A stretch of 64,000 bases of DNA from Sedimentisphaerales bacterium. Its GTDB lineage: Bacteria > Planctomycetota > Phycisphaerae > Sedimentisphaerales > SM23-30. The translations under genes and the position numbers were made by a program. Shown piece after piece: positions 32,983 through 43,254 of the stretch; the first letter of the stretch is position 1, and the number at the start of each line of letters is the position of its first letter. The notes under the pieces are model-generated. The model worked only from the letters and a program-made list of their open reading frames with translations. It did not search any database and was not told the DNA's origin. Location of the stretch: positions 32,001-96,000 of the forward strand of contig CAXXMR010000009.1 of NCBI GenBank assembly GCA_963663805.2, written 5' to 3'.

Positions 32983-35637
32983 ATGGCCAAAAAGGAATTG
33001 ACACTGAAAGACAGGTTATCACGGTTGACGTTTACACAGGCCTGTAAGCTTCTGGGGGATAACGGTAATAAGCTGATTATGCAGGGCGGCAAGTTTCCAA
33101 TCGAGCCGCTTGAAGAGAATGTTTATCTGGGCGACGACCTGTTCCGCCTGTCGGTGGATGGGGCGGTGACGACGATTACGCTGATGGCCGAGGCCCGTAA
33201 CCGGCTGCATTTTAACTGCACGGCCTGCCAAGGCGTCTGCGAACACATCGGGGCGGCTTTTTCGCTAATCCTGGAGGAAAAGACGGCATTGGGGTTGGCC
33301 AAGCCTCCGGTCGAGCGTGTTCCGGCGGAGAGTTTAAGCGAAGCGGAACTGGTCGCACGTGCATTGGAAGACAGAACCGAACGGGCCAAGACCGAGCGGA
33401 TGAAAATCGAAAGCATCAATCCACGCATCCTGTGGACGGACTATATTGTCACCAACGCCTTGAGCGGCAAGAGCTACCGGATTGCGCTTCGTGGCTGGGA
33501 GCGGGGCCAGTCGTACTGCTCCTGTCCGGATTTTCGCAAGAACACACTGGGCACCTGCAAACATATCATGAAGGTTCAAAATAAAGTGCGACGACAGTTC
33601 ACCGCCGCGACCCGCAAACGCCCCTACACGCAAAAGGACTTTGCTGTCCATCTGGCTTATGGTCGAGATTTGCAATTGCGGCTGCTGATTCCGAAAGGTG
33701 TCAACGGCAAAGCAGCCAAGATCGTCAAACCGATTCGTGATCGCGCCATTAAAGACATGCCCGGTCTGCTGCAATGTGTGCAAAAACTCGAAGCAATGGG
33801 CCACAGCGTAACGATCTATCCTGACGCGCAGGAGCACATTGAGTTTGTCCTGCATCAGGAGCGTTTAAGCCGGCTGGCCGGACAAATTCGTAAAAATCCC
33901 GCTTCGCATCCTCTGCGCAAAACCCTGCTCAAGGCGGAATTGCTGCCATACCAGCTTGACGGCATTGCCTTTGCCGTCGGTGCGGGGCGAGTAATTTTGG
34001 CCGATGATATGGGGCTGGGCAAAACGATCCAGGGCATCGGCGCTGCCGAACTGCTGGCGCGGGAATCGGGGATTTCCAAGGTGCTGATTGTCTGCCCAAC
34101 ATCGCTTAAATCACAGTGGCGCAGTGAAATCCATCGTTTTTGTGAGCGTCCGTGCCAGTTGGTGCTGGGCAGTGCGAAGGAACGTGTCGCACAATATGAC
34201 AACGACCGCTTTTTTACGATCTGTAATTACGAACAGGTGATGCGGGACGCGACATCCATCGAGCAGATTCGCTGGGATTTGATTATTTTGGATGAAGGCC
34301 AGCGGATTAAAAACTGGGAGGCCAAGACCACGCAAATGATGAAATCGCTGCGGAGTCGCTTTGCGCTGGTGCTTTCGGGAACGCCATTGGAAAACCGGCT
34401 GGACGATCTGTTTTCGGTAGTGGAATTCGTTGATGACCGGCGGCTGGGGCCGTCATTCCGTTTTTTCAATACGCATCGCATTGTCGATGAGAAGGGCAAG
34501 CTGCTGGGGTACAAAAATCTGGATAAACTGCGTGAGAAACTATCCCCGATTCTGCTGCGCCGCACACGCGGCGAGGTGATGAAGCAATTGCCGCCGCGAA
34601 CGGATGAGATCGTACGCATTCCGCCGACCGATGAGCAGTTTGCGATCAATCGCGCGCAAAAGATGATTATTCAATCGATTATCAACAAGCCGTACTTTTC
34701 TGAAATGGACTTGCTGCGTCTTCAAAAAGCGTTGCTGTTGTGTCGGATGGCCGCCGACAGCACATTCCTGGTGGACAAAGAGCCGCCGGGCTATTCGACC
34801 AAATTAGAACGATTGACGGAGCTGCTGGAGACGCTGAACGCCGAGAAGGGTCGAAAGATTGTCCTGTTTTCAGAATGGACGACGATGCTCGATTTGATCG
34901 AACCGATTTTAAAGAAGTTAAAAATGGACTATGTGCGGTTGGATGGTTCAGTGCCGCAGAAGAAACGTGCCCAGCTTGTACATCAATTCCAGGACGACCC
35001 GAACTGTAAATTATTTATCACCACTAATGCAGGTTCGACCGGATTGAACCTGCAAGCGGCCAATACCGTCATTAACGTCGATCTGCCGTGGAATCCGGCC
35101 GTGCTGGAGCAGAGGATCGCCCGTGCGCATCGGATGGGACAGAAAAATCCCGTGCAGGTCTATATTCTGGTGACCGAGCAGACGATTGAAGAAGGGATGC
35201 TCGGTACGCTGGCGGCCAAAAAAGAGGTCGCGCTGGCGGCGCTGGACATCAACAGCAAGGTTAAAAATGTCGATATGGCCGGCGGCGCCGAGGCGATGAA
35301 GCGCCGGCTGGAAATTCTGCTGGGCCGGCCGGAAGACGCCCCGCTCGATGTCAGTGAGCTGGAGCGGCAAAAGCAGGCGGCCGAGGCCACCGCCCGCAAA
35401 GAAAAAGTCGCCATCGCGGCGGGTGAACTGTTTACCTCAGCATTCAAATTGTTAGGTGAAATCATCCCCCAGCAGCCGAACGAAGCGGCCATGGAACAGA
35501 AAATAGGTTCCATCCGAGCGCATTTGCAGGAATGCCTTGAAACCAATGAACAGGGACAAATTGAACTGAAACTGAAATTGCCGAATGCATCGGCACTGGA
35601 CAATATCGCCGCCGCATTGGCAAAACTGGTCGGATAG
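32983..35637 (+). CDS. SNF2-family helicase/ATPase with two N-terminal SWIM-like zinc fingers
   Basis: CTACQGVCEH and CSCPDF...CKH; ADDMGLGKT, DEGQ, SGTP, QRIARAHRMGQ. Confidence 0.93.
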   Translation: MAKKELTLKDRLSRLTFTQACKLLGDNGNKLIMQGGKFPIEPLEENVYLGDDLFRLSVDGAVTTITLMAEARNRLHFNCTACQGVCEHIGAAFSLILEEKTALGLAKPPVERVPAESLSEAELVARALEDRTERAKTERMKIESINPRILWTDYIVTNALSGKSYRIALRGWERGQSYCSCPDFRKNTLGTCKHIMKVQNKVRRQFTAATRKRPYTQKDFAVHLAYGRDLQLRLLIPKGVNGKAAKIVKPIRDRAIKDMPGLLQCVQKLEAMGHSVTIYPDAQEHIEFVLHQERLSRLAGQIRKNPASHPLRKTLLKAELLPYQLDGIAFAVGAGRVILADDMGLGKTIQGIGAAELLARESGISKVLIVCPTSLKSQWRSEIHRFCERPCQLVLGSAKERVAQYDNDRFFTICNYEQVMRDATSIEQIRWDLIILDEGQRIKNWEAKTTQMMKSLRSRFALVLSGTPLENRLDDLFSVVEFVDDRRLGPSFRFFNTHRIVDEKGKLLGYKNLDKLREKLSPILLRRTRGEVMKQLPPRTDEIVRIPPTDEQFAINRAQKMIIQSIINKPYFSEMDLLRLQKALLLCRMAADSTFLVDKEPPGYSTKLERLTELLETLNAEKGRKIVLFSEWTTMLDLIEPILKKLKMDYVRLDGSVPQKKRAQLVHQFQDDPNCKLFITTNAGSTGLNLQAANTVINVDLPWNPAVLEQRIARAHRMGQKNPVQVYILVTEQTIEEGMLGTLAAKKEVALAALDINSKVKNVDMAGGAEAMKRRLEILLGRPEDAPLDVSELERQKQAAEATARKEKVAIAAGELFTSAFKLLGEIIPQQPNEAAMEQKIGSIRAHLQECLETNEQGQIELKLKLPNASALDNIAAALAKLVG

Positions 35638-35671
35638 AGTAACCGACCGATTTCTGTTACTTTGTAAAGAG

Positions 35672-37081
35672 ATGACGATGACCACAAAAAGCAGGCAAAA
35701 AGCAAATAAGACAAGTGTGATCGACGAAATCAGAGATATGATTGAAGGTGCCGTTGGCCTGGGACGATTTATTCGTCATTATGAAGAATCTGATTATATC
35801 GGCGGGTTAGAAGAGGTTCGGGAATACTTGAGAGGGATGTCCACTGATAAGCGTTTCCATTCCGCGGCCGCAGAGCTGTATGAATATTTTATCGCGTCTT
35901 GCTATGAAAAGATAGAGGAAGTCGAGACCGAAACCGAATTTCATTCCTTTGTCGAGTCTTTGTTTGCCGACTGGATACATGTTCGGCAACTCGCCGGCTG
36001 TAGTGCTGAGGAGACATTACAGTTATTATCAAATTGGGAGCAAGGTGACAGTTACTGTCTTTGCATTTCACCAGGCGAAGCGGCAAGAGCCATGGATCTC
36101 GCGAGCCGGAAAGTTTACAAAAAACACCTGCTCGAAAAGTTTGAACAGTCCTTTGTCAAAGAACCCCAAAAAGATTCTGTAGATTTTTCCCAGTTATCCT
36201 GGAATACCCGCAAAATCGCATCAGCCCTGAAAGATGTTTATTGCGTCACGAAAGACGCAAACGCTTATAGTAAGCTGTGTGATAAATTAGAGACCTCGCC
36301 GCGGGACTGCGAGAATATTGCGAACATTTTCAAAGAAAAACGAAACTATGACGCCGCTTTACAGTGGATCGAAAAGGGCATCACTCAGGGGCAACAACGC
36401 GACTGGCGCAACCAGTATTCATATGCATTAGAAGGAATGAAAATAGAAGTGCTGGCTAAAGTCGGACGGAAACAGGAATCCATGAGATTGATGTGGCAAC
36501 GGTTTCAAGATAATCCCTGTGATATATACTATAACGAGCTGATGAAATACGTCCCAAGCGGTCAGAAATCGTATTGGCGAAATAAAGCAATCAAAGCAGC
36601 GTGTGGTTCCACACTGGATGACGGGATTCTTCGGCTGCTTTTGGATTTGAACGAGTTCGGAAAACTGGCACAGTTAATCGTTAAATCGGATGAAACAATT
36701 CTGGAGAATCTCTTTTACTATGACGCCGTAAACGTTGCTGAAAAGCTGGAGGAAAAACACAGGAAAGCCGCGGCCAAACTTTATCTGGCCTTAACCATGA
36801 ATATTGTTAAAGCCGGTCGGAGCAAAGCATATCAATATGCGTTAAAGTATTGCGAAAAACTCAAAATTTTGTACGGGGAAACCAAACAGCAGAGGCATTG
36901 GGAGGAGTTGCTCGATTATTTACAGGGACAGCATGGCCGAAAATACAGCTTGATGGACGGCCTTGAAAAAGTGATTGAGGGCACCCATGGTCAAGAGCCA
37001 AACACGTTGCAAAAACGAGTCAACCAGAGGTTGAGCAAAATAAGGCAAAGGGAACCCCGCGGTAATAATAAAATCCCATGA
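35672..37081 (+). CDS. Alpha-helical TPR-like hypothetical protein (DUF6880-like C-terminus)
   Basis: Long ORF 34 bp after the helicase; SKAYQYA...HGRKYSL tail. Confidence 0.6.
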   Translation: MTMTTKSRQKANKTSVIDEIRDMIEGAVGLGRFIRHYEESDYIGGLEEVREYLRGMSTDKRFHSAAAELYEYFIASCYEKIEEVETETEFHSFVESLFADWIHVRQLAGCSAEETLQLLSNWEQGDSYCLCISPGEAARAMDLASRKVYKKHLLEKFEQSFVKEPQKDSVDFSQLSWNTRKIASALKDVYCVTKDANAYSKLCDKLETSPRDCENIANIFKEKRNYDAALQWIEKGITQGQQRDWRNQYSYALEGMKIEVLAKVGRKQESMRLMWQRFQDNPCDIYYNELMKYVPSGQKSYWRNKAIKAACGSTLDDGILRLLLDLNEFGKLAQLIVKSDETILENLFYYDAVNVAEKLEEKHRKAAAKLYLALTMNIVKAGRSKAYQYALKYCEKLKILYGETKQQRHWEELLDYLQGQHGRKYSLMDGLEKVIEGTHGQEPNTLQKRVNQRLSKIRQREPRGNNKIP

Positions 37082-37084
37082 AAG

Positions 37085-37291
37085 GTGATGCTCATGAAAT
37101 TTGATTTTAGCGATCTGGAAAAACTGGCCGCGAAAAAGGAAGATGAAAACTGGCGATTACGCGGCTTCCTGAAATTCTATGATGACATGACGGATGAGGA
37201 AATTGATTTGCTTGTTTTTAAGACAGCCGATGAAGTTAGCTCTGCCATTGACTGCATTTACCCTTTCATGTTTTACAATAGATACGTTTGA
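37085..37291 (+). pseudogene. Truncated YkgJ-family cysteine-cluster protein
   Basis: KEDENWRLRGFLK...AIDC then similarity stops where a CxxCxxCC cluster is expected. Confidence 0.5.
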
Positions 37292-37356
37292 GTTTCACCA
37301 CAATCGTGTTTTAACAATTTGTTTAGTCCAACCTTTATTTTAGAAGGGAGGTTGCT

Positions 37357-40300
37357 ATGAAGTGTGCAATCATCCAAAAGCATGTGCTTGGTCTAGTTTT
37401 TGTCGTCTTTTCCTGTATCTGTTACGGAGCCAGTCCGGATTTGATTATTACCGATCTGTGGCTTGACGGCGATACCATCCACTACCAGATCCAAAATGTG
37501 GGGACGCTGGGATGTTCAGCTTCACATATGACCGGGCTGAAAGTAAACGGCCAGGGACATGACGGTGACTACATTCAGCAGTCGCTGGCGCCGGGGCAGC
37601 GACTGAACCGTGCGTTCAGTAAAACGGTTCCCTGTATAGGGCTGGTACAGACTCTTGAAGTCATCACCGATGCGCAAAACGCCATCAGCGAGCTCAACGA
37701 GAGCAACAATAGCCATTCTGAAAAACGGGTTTGTGACCAGGTTGCCCCGGTGATTACCGAAGGCCCGCAGGTGAGCGAAATGTCGCCGGGCGATTACAAG
37801 CTGACCTGGAAGACAGATGAAGACGCCGACAGTGCCGTGCTGTATGCGTCGAGCACGGGGGTGTTTATCGCGGTTTCCGACGGGACGCAAACCAAGGATC
37901 ACACGATTTGTCTCAACAACTTAGACGCTGCAGTGACGTACCGGTACAAGGTGCGCTCGACCGATCTGTCCGGCAACACCGTTGAAAGCGGCCTGTATTA
38001 TTTTACCACCAGTCCCCCCGCGGATACGAACAAGCCCCAGGCCTCGGCGCCCCACATGCTGAAAACCGACCAGCCGCTTTTTCCGCTTCGGTTTGATATG
38101 GATGCTGACGATGATATTGGCCTGGATCGGGCAGAGTTTTCGTTTGACGGTATGCATTTTATGACCGACTATGATCCTCCGTTTACCTGTTATGTACTGC
38201 CGGAGGAACTGGGCATTACCTATGCCAGTTATTTTGGTCTGGACCATGCCGTTATGGCCAAAGTGTACGATCTCAGCGACAACATGACCGCCGTCACAAC
38301 GGTCTGGGGCGAACTGCCGCGATGTCCGGAAATGGAGCTGGAAATCGAGCTGGGCACCTCCACCCGGATCTATACGCCCGATGCCAGTATTTCCAATTAC
38401 GAAGACGATTTCGAGATCACCGCCCGCAAAAACGCCGGCGTGACGATCCGGCCGGGATATGGACCGTTCCCGGATGTCACGGGGACCAATTGGGATGCGG
38501 TCGATGATGTCCGCGTCTATTTTGATGATGTGTATTGGGGACACATCACACCCGATCCGGAGCAAACCGACCTGACGTTCCCGTTCTGGATTTATTCGCT
38601 GGCGGCGCCCAGCGAGCATGAGATTAAGGTTGAAATTCAGTCGGGCGCGTGCATTATGATCCGCCGGGCCACAATGCGTGTGATCCGGCAGATCACGGAT
38701 GTACGTATCCAACGGTCGGTTAACCGTTCAGGAACGGGATTTGAAGTGGAGTTGACATTTTTCAACGACGGTAGCACTCCGGCGTATCTTGACTGGCTGT
38801 CGGAGGAAGCTGAAGGTTTCCAGATCACCTGCCCGATCAGCAGTCTGTATGAGGCGATCATCACATACAATCCCGCCTCGCGGCGGTCGGTCATCGAATA
38901 CGACTTTACCTGCAGTGTCGCCGGTGGCAGTAGCCGCACGTTCCGATATACAGCCATCCCTATCCTTTCCGAAAGCACCTCGGATTACCGGCTGGGTGAA
39001 AACAATGTGCTGCGGTATCATGACGCTTTTGATCGTGATTATGCGGCTCCTACGTTTCCAGCAGTCAGCCGGGTTGACGGGGAATTTATCGAGGATGCGG
39101 TGAACTCGGCTTGCCTTGCCAGTGACTACTTGATTGTCACCAATCCGGCGCTGTTGTTCGGCATTTATGAGTCGGCGGCGGTCAATCACCTGCTGGCTAA
39201 GACCGCCGAACTGGCCGCCGTTCGCAACGGGGTGCTGGGCTATTTCCTCGGTGCCGGATCGACACACACGACCTATCGCAGCAGCGACAAGATTGCCTGC
39301 GGGAATATCTTTTCGGATTGGCGGGACGAAATAATCCTGACGGATGAAAGCAAAGACCTGATTCGCATCTACAGCCCAAATTACGAACGAACTATTAATG
39401 ACGTTCTACCCATCCCACATGCCGGACTGCATGGTAACGATGTTCTACTGGTCGGCGATTTTTTCGATGAGACCGATCCGGTGAATCCGGAAGACGAGTT
39501 TGCTGTTGTTGACGGACACTCTTCCGGTAGCACCTTGGGCAATATCATTTTATATGATTTTCGGCCGAATGATGACGAGTTTGACCAGCATACCAATTCG
39601 ACCACCTATAATCCATCTGAGGGCGACCAAATCATTGCCGGCGATATGATCCATCATACTATAGTACCCGAGCGGGACGAGATCATTCTATTCAAAGGTA
39701 GCACCGGTCAGGTCCAGGCCTATTACGCCACGGGACCGATCCACCGCCAATGGGCCAGCGTCTATCAGCCCGGCGACATCGTGACCGCCGGCGACCTGAT
39801 CGCCTCTGTTGACGGCGATGAGATCGTCATCGGCGATGTGTCCGCCCAGCGCATCTACATTTACAGCGGAACCGGAACGATTCTGCATGACTATTCGCAA
39901 ACTATCGAATCGGCTGACACGCTGCAAGTCAGCCCAGAGGGCCTGGCCCTGGCGGACGCTTCGGCCAATAAGGTAATTATCCGGGGTGTTGACGGCGGAG
40001 CGGATTGGTACAGGGGCGAATTTGACGTCAACGTTCACCGGGATGATACGTTTTTGTACGGGCATGTAATCGAGCACGGGTCGCCGCAGTACTTGTTCGC
40101 CCGCGGTCGCCGGGATGACCACTTCACCGCAGGCGATATCGAAATTTTCCCGTACTCGGTACTGGCCTCAGATGTTGAATCGGGCGACCGGCAGCACCTG
40201 GATGCACTGCTCAATCCCGGCGGGGCCTGGGCGGAGAAAATGGGCGACAACTTCATTGACAGCGGCTACCTGCTGCTCGTCGGCGAAACGGAAATCATCC

Positions 40301-42363
40301 CTGCGTTTTCCTGTTCCTATTACCTGACCGGAAAGGGTCATAAATATATCGAGTTTACCGACAACTTTTACGGCAACACGTCCGGCGAATTAAAAAAACC
40401 TGAAATCTCCGTCGGCCGGATTATCGGCAATACCATCGAACATATGATGGTGCCCATTCAGACTAGTCTGGATGTCGCCAACGGCGATACCCAACTGAAC
40501 TTTGCCGAGGCATACTGTTTCAGCGGCGGCCCCGAAGAACGCCATGAGACTGGTCGGGGTGTTGTCGTCGATGCGCTGGAGGACAAGGGCTGGCATGTGG
40601 TGCGCCATGACGAACCCAGCGCGGACACCATTTTTTCCAATACCACGAATATTGATGCGTTATGCATGGTCGGTCACGGTAACTGGGATCATTGCTGGGA
40701 TGCCAACAGCTGGAATGTGGAGAGCCGATTCGATCCGGGCCTGACGGCGCCGATTGTCTATGCCGCTTCCTGCCTGACAGGTCGATATCCGGTGAACAGG
40801 AACACGCTCGGTGAACATTTTCTTGAAAAAGGGGCGTCGACCTATATCGGGGCCACGGAGATTTCTTACAGTCCCTATAACCGCTATTTGTCGGAAGGTT
40901 TCTTCAGCCGGCTGAATTTTGACTCGCCCATCGGGGCGGCACTGAAAGGCTCCAAACGCACCCGCATGGGCGACGGGGGTTACGGCAAGTACCAGTCGGC
41001 GATCTATCACTTCTACGGCGACCCCAAGCTGGAAGCGCCTTCTCCGTCGGCGATGCTCGCCGAAAAAACGGAGACCGCCGCAGCCGATGCCCGGCAGGAG
41101 GCCAGCCTCCTGCAAGGGCCGGTCAGCAGCGTACTGGTTTCGATCCCTGCTTTTGAGGTTCTGTCGACCGCCGCTGGAGATGTCGTGTCCATTCCCGGGG
41201 GGACGGTCCTGGCCGAACCCGGACATCCGGAAGTGCCGGCCTGGCCGGTAAAGATTGATTTCCCGGCCGGCTTCCGGGTTCAGCATGTAACACTGACCTC
41301 GACTGAATACCAATCGGGAACGGGCCTGTCGCTGATCGAGGTCCAGCCCGAGGCGGACGGCATGATTTACTCCGGGCCGATGCTGAGGGATCCGGACGGC
41401 TGGCCCGACCGCGAATATGACTGGACCGTCGACGACAACCCCGATGGCAGCACCACCTTGACCGTGTGGGTCTATCCGCTGCGGAGCTGGCCGGCAAGCA
41501 CCAATTATACGTACTTCAACACCTGCGCACTGCAGATCGACTATGTAACCAGTGAGGTGGTAATCAACCGCCTGCGGGCCGACGGCAAGACTGTTTCCAT
41601 CGGTGAGTCGGTGAACATCGAGTTGTTCTTCTACAATAATTCCCAAGCCCCAGCCACGCTGATCGCCGAAACCGAACTGGTTCAGCAGGGTGCCGAGGAT
41701 TCTACGATCGGCTTGCCGATCAAGCTGCTTCGAAACGCTCAGGGGCTTGCCTTATGCGGCTGGACCTGGGACACCGCCGCGGCGGCACCGGATACGTATG
41801 CGCTGAACGCCCGCCTGAAATCGACTACCGGACATGTGCTGGCCGAGGAGACGACTCTACTGCAGGTCGGCACGACGGACGGCGTGATGCAGGCAGTGAC
41901 GACGAGCCCGGCCTGCTTTGGCATCGGTGAAGATATCAAGATACACACCGGTTTCAGCAATACCGGCCAGGCACCGGTTAATCCACACCTCATTGTCGAG
42001 ATACAGACACAGGACGGTACGGTACTCGAACGGTTTGAAGACAGCGACACTGACTTGGCGGCCGGCAGCGAATACCTGACGCATTGGGAATGGACGCCGT
42101 CGGTGGCCCGCGGTCAGTGTCGGTTCAAGGCCTATACCTTGTACGACGGCAAGAGCACACCGGTGGTGTTCTACCCCCGGCTATCGCTCGTTGCCAATGG
42201 CGATTTCAACGAGGACGGGCACGTGAATCTGCAGGACTTTGCGGTGCTAGCTCAGGTCTGGCTGACCAATACGCCGTTGTGCGACATCGCCCCCGACGGC
42301 GGCGACTGTATTGTGGACCTGCTGGATCTCGATGTTATTGCCAATGGTTGGCTGAATGAATAG
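37357..42363 (+). CDS. Large secreted C25 (gingipain-family) cysteine peptidase with CARDB, FN3-like, FG-GAP-like and dockerin-like modules
   Basis: DYLIVT, YLLLVGE, SVGRI, GHG, AASCLTG, FYGDP; ISELNESNN CARDB motif; double D-x-N-x-D tail. Confidence 0.82.
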   Translation: MKCAIIQKHVLGLVFVVFSCICYGASPDLIITDLWLDGDTIHYQIQNVGTLGCSASHMTGLKVNGQGHDGDYIQQSLAPGQRLNRAFSKTVPCIGLVQTLEVITDAQNAISELNESNNSHSEKRVCDQVAPVITEGPQVSEMSPGDYKLTWKTDEDADSAVLYASSTGVFIAVSDGTQTKDHTICLNNLDAAVTYRYKVRSTDLSGNTVESGLYYFTTSPPADTNKPQASAPHMLKTDQPLFPLRFDMDADDDIGLDRAEFSFDGMHFMTDYDPPFTCYVLPEELGITYASYFGLDHAVMAKVYDLSDNMTAVTTVWGELPRCPEMELEIELGTSTRIYTPDASISNYEDDFEITARKNAGVTIRPGYGPFPDVTGTNWDAVDDVRVYFDDVYWGHITPDPEQTDLTFPFWIYSLAAPSEHEIKVEIQSGACIMIRRATMRVIRQITDVRIQRSVNRSGTGFEVELTFFNDGSTPAYLDWLSEEAEGFQITCPISSLYEAIITYNPASRRSVIEYDFTCSVAGGSSRTFRYTAIPILSESTSDYRLGENNVLRYHDAFDRDYAAPTFPAVSRVDGEFIEDAVNSACLASDYLIVTNPALLFGIYESAAVNHLLAKTAELAAVRNGVLGYFLGAGSTHTTYRSSDKIACGNIFSDWRDEIILTDESKDLIRIYSPNYERTINDVLPIPHAGLHGNDVLLVGDFFDETDPVNPEDEFAVVDGHSSGSTLGNIILYDFRPNDDEFDQHTNSTTYNPSEGDQIIAGDMIHHTIVPERDEIILFKGSTGQVQAYYATGPIHRQWASVYQPGDIVTAGDLIASVDGDEIVIGDVSAQRIYIYSGTGTILHDYSQTIESADTLQVSPEGLALADASANKVIIRGVDGGADWYRGEFDVNVHRDDTFLYGHVIEHGSPQYLFARGRRDDHFTAGDIEIFPYSVLASDVESGDRQHLDALLNPGGAWAEKMGDNFIDSGYLLLVGETEIIPAFSCSYYLTGKGHKYIEFTDNFYGNTSGELKKPEISVGRIIGNTIEHMMVPIQTSLDVANGDTQLNFAEAYCFSGGPEERHETGRGVVVDALEDKGWHVVRHDEPSADTIFSNTTNIDALCMVGHGNWDHCWDANSWNVESRFDPGLTAPIVYAASCLTGRYPVNRNTLGEHFLEKGASTYIGATEISYSPYNRYLSEGFFSRLNFDSPIGAALKGSKRTRMGDGGYGKYQSAIYHFYGDPKLEAPSPSAMLAEKTETAAADARQEASLLQGPVSSVLVSIPAFEVLSTAAGDVVSIPGGTVLAEPGHPEVPAWPVKIDFPAGFRVQHVTLTSTEYQSGTGLSLIEVQPEADGMIYSGPMLRDPDGWPDREYDWTVDDNPDGSTTLTVWVYPLRSWPASTNYTYFNTCALQIDYVTSEVVINRLRADGKTVSIGESVNIELFFYNNSQAPATLIAETELVQQGAEDSTIGLPIKLLRNAQGLALCGWTWDTAAAAPDTYALNARLKSTTGHVLAEETTLLQVGTTDGVMQAVTTSPACFGIGEDIKIHTGFSNTGQAPVNPHLIVEIQTQDGTVLERFEDSDTDLAAGSEYLTHWEWTPSVARGQCRFKAYTLYDGKSTPVVFYPRLSLVANGDFNEDGHVNLQDFAVLAQVWLTNTPLCDIAPDGGDCIVDLLDLDVIANGWLNE

Positions 42364-42799
42364 TGGATGTTTAAATGAAGACACGAATTATTGAATCATG
42401 GCAGAAGAAATCGTACAACTGTTCTACAACTGGAGCGGCCGTCAGCTCATAAAAACCCAAAAATGATATTCTGTAACATGAGTAATGGCTGGTGGTTAGA
42501 AGAATCACGGAAAGTTGTAACATTTTTAATAGCTGTTTGACACTGTCGGATTGATTGGCATATATAAAGTTCTGCTTGCTTGTACAACACAGAAGCGACG
42601 ATTCATGATTTTTCTGGTCATGCCATGTTTTGCAGGTTAAGATCAGGAAAAGTAAAAAAACAGTGGGTCAGTCGTCACTTGATGGTGACTTGTTTTTCAT
42701 TTGCTCAGCGACTTGTGAACCAGTTGTAAACCTTATTTCGGCTCAAAAAAACAGCCCGTAAGCCCTTTTTTTATAAGGCCTTATGTGCCACAGAATGTT

Positions 42800-42840
42800 C
42801 TCCGAGGCCGAAGGTTACTGGTTCGAATCCAGTCGGGACG
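42800..42840 (+). pseudogene. 3' half of tRNA-Arg(CCG), att-site-like fragment
   Basis: CTCCGAG anticodon loop, 3' stem GCCGA, ACTGG-TTCGAAT-CCAGT T-arm, CGGGACG acceptor strand; no D-arm or 5' acceptor upstream. Confidence 0.8.
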
Positions 42841-43052
42841 TTTCCAGCCCCTTCTTGTGGCCCCAAGGAATCTTGTGTGAATATATCTCGGTCGTTTGTT
42901 TGTTGCATCCCGGCATTTTCCATGACAAATACGGGGTTGTCTGGCAGGGTGGATGGTTTTTTAGAAATTTAGGCATAGACTTTGCTCTTCTGTTTTGTTA
43001 TATTGCTCCGTCTATGGGCTCGGCAGGGTCGAGCCTTTATTGTTGTGTCCGG

Positions 43053-43153
43053 CCGTAGTCGGGCCCGGGCAAGTCGGCCGTGTGAATCTGGTCAGGCCGG
43101 GAACGGAGCAGCCATAAGCGCTAAGCCGGTTGTGCTCGGTTACCCGGCTCCGG
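43053..43153 (+). ncRNA. ffs: Signal recognition particle RNA (4.5S)
   Basis: Domain IV motif TCAGGCCGGGAACGGAGCAGC in a long hairpin directly upstream of dnaX; ends approximate. Confidence 0.92.
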
Positions 43154-43254
43154 TCGGACATAACAATAAGGGCTTAATCTGTAATGCCGACATAACATTG
43201 TTTTTGACAGAGAGTTAGAGGATTAGTGAAGCAACGGGGAAATCGGGTTGAGAT

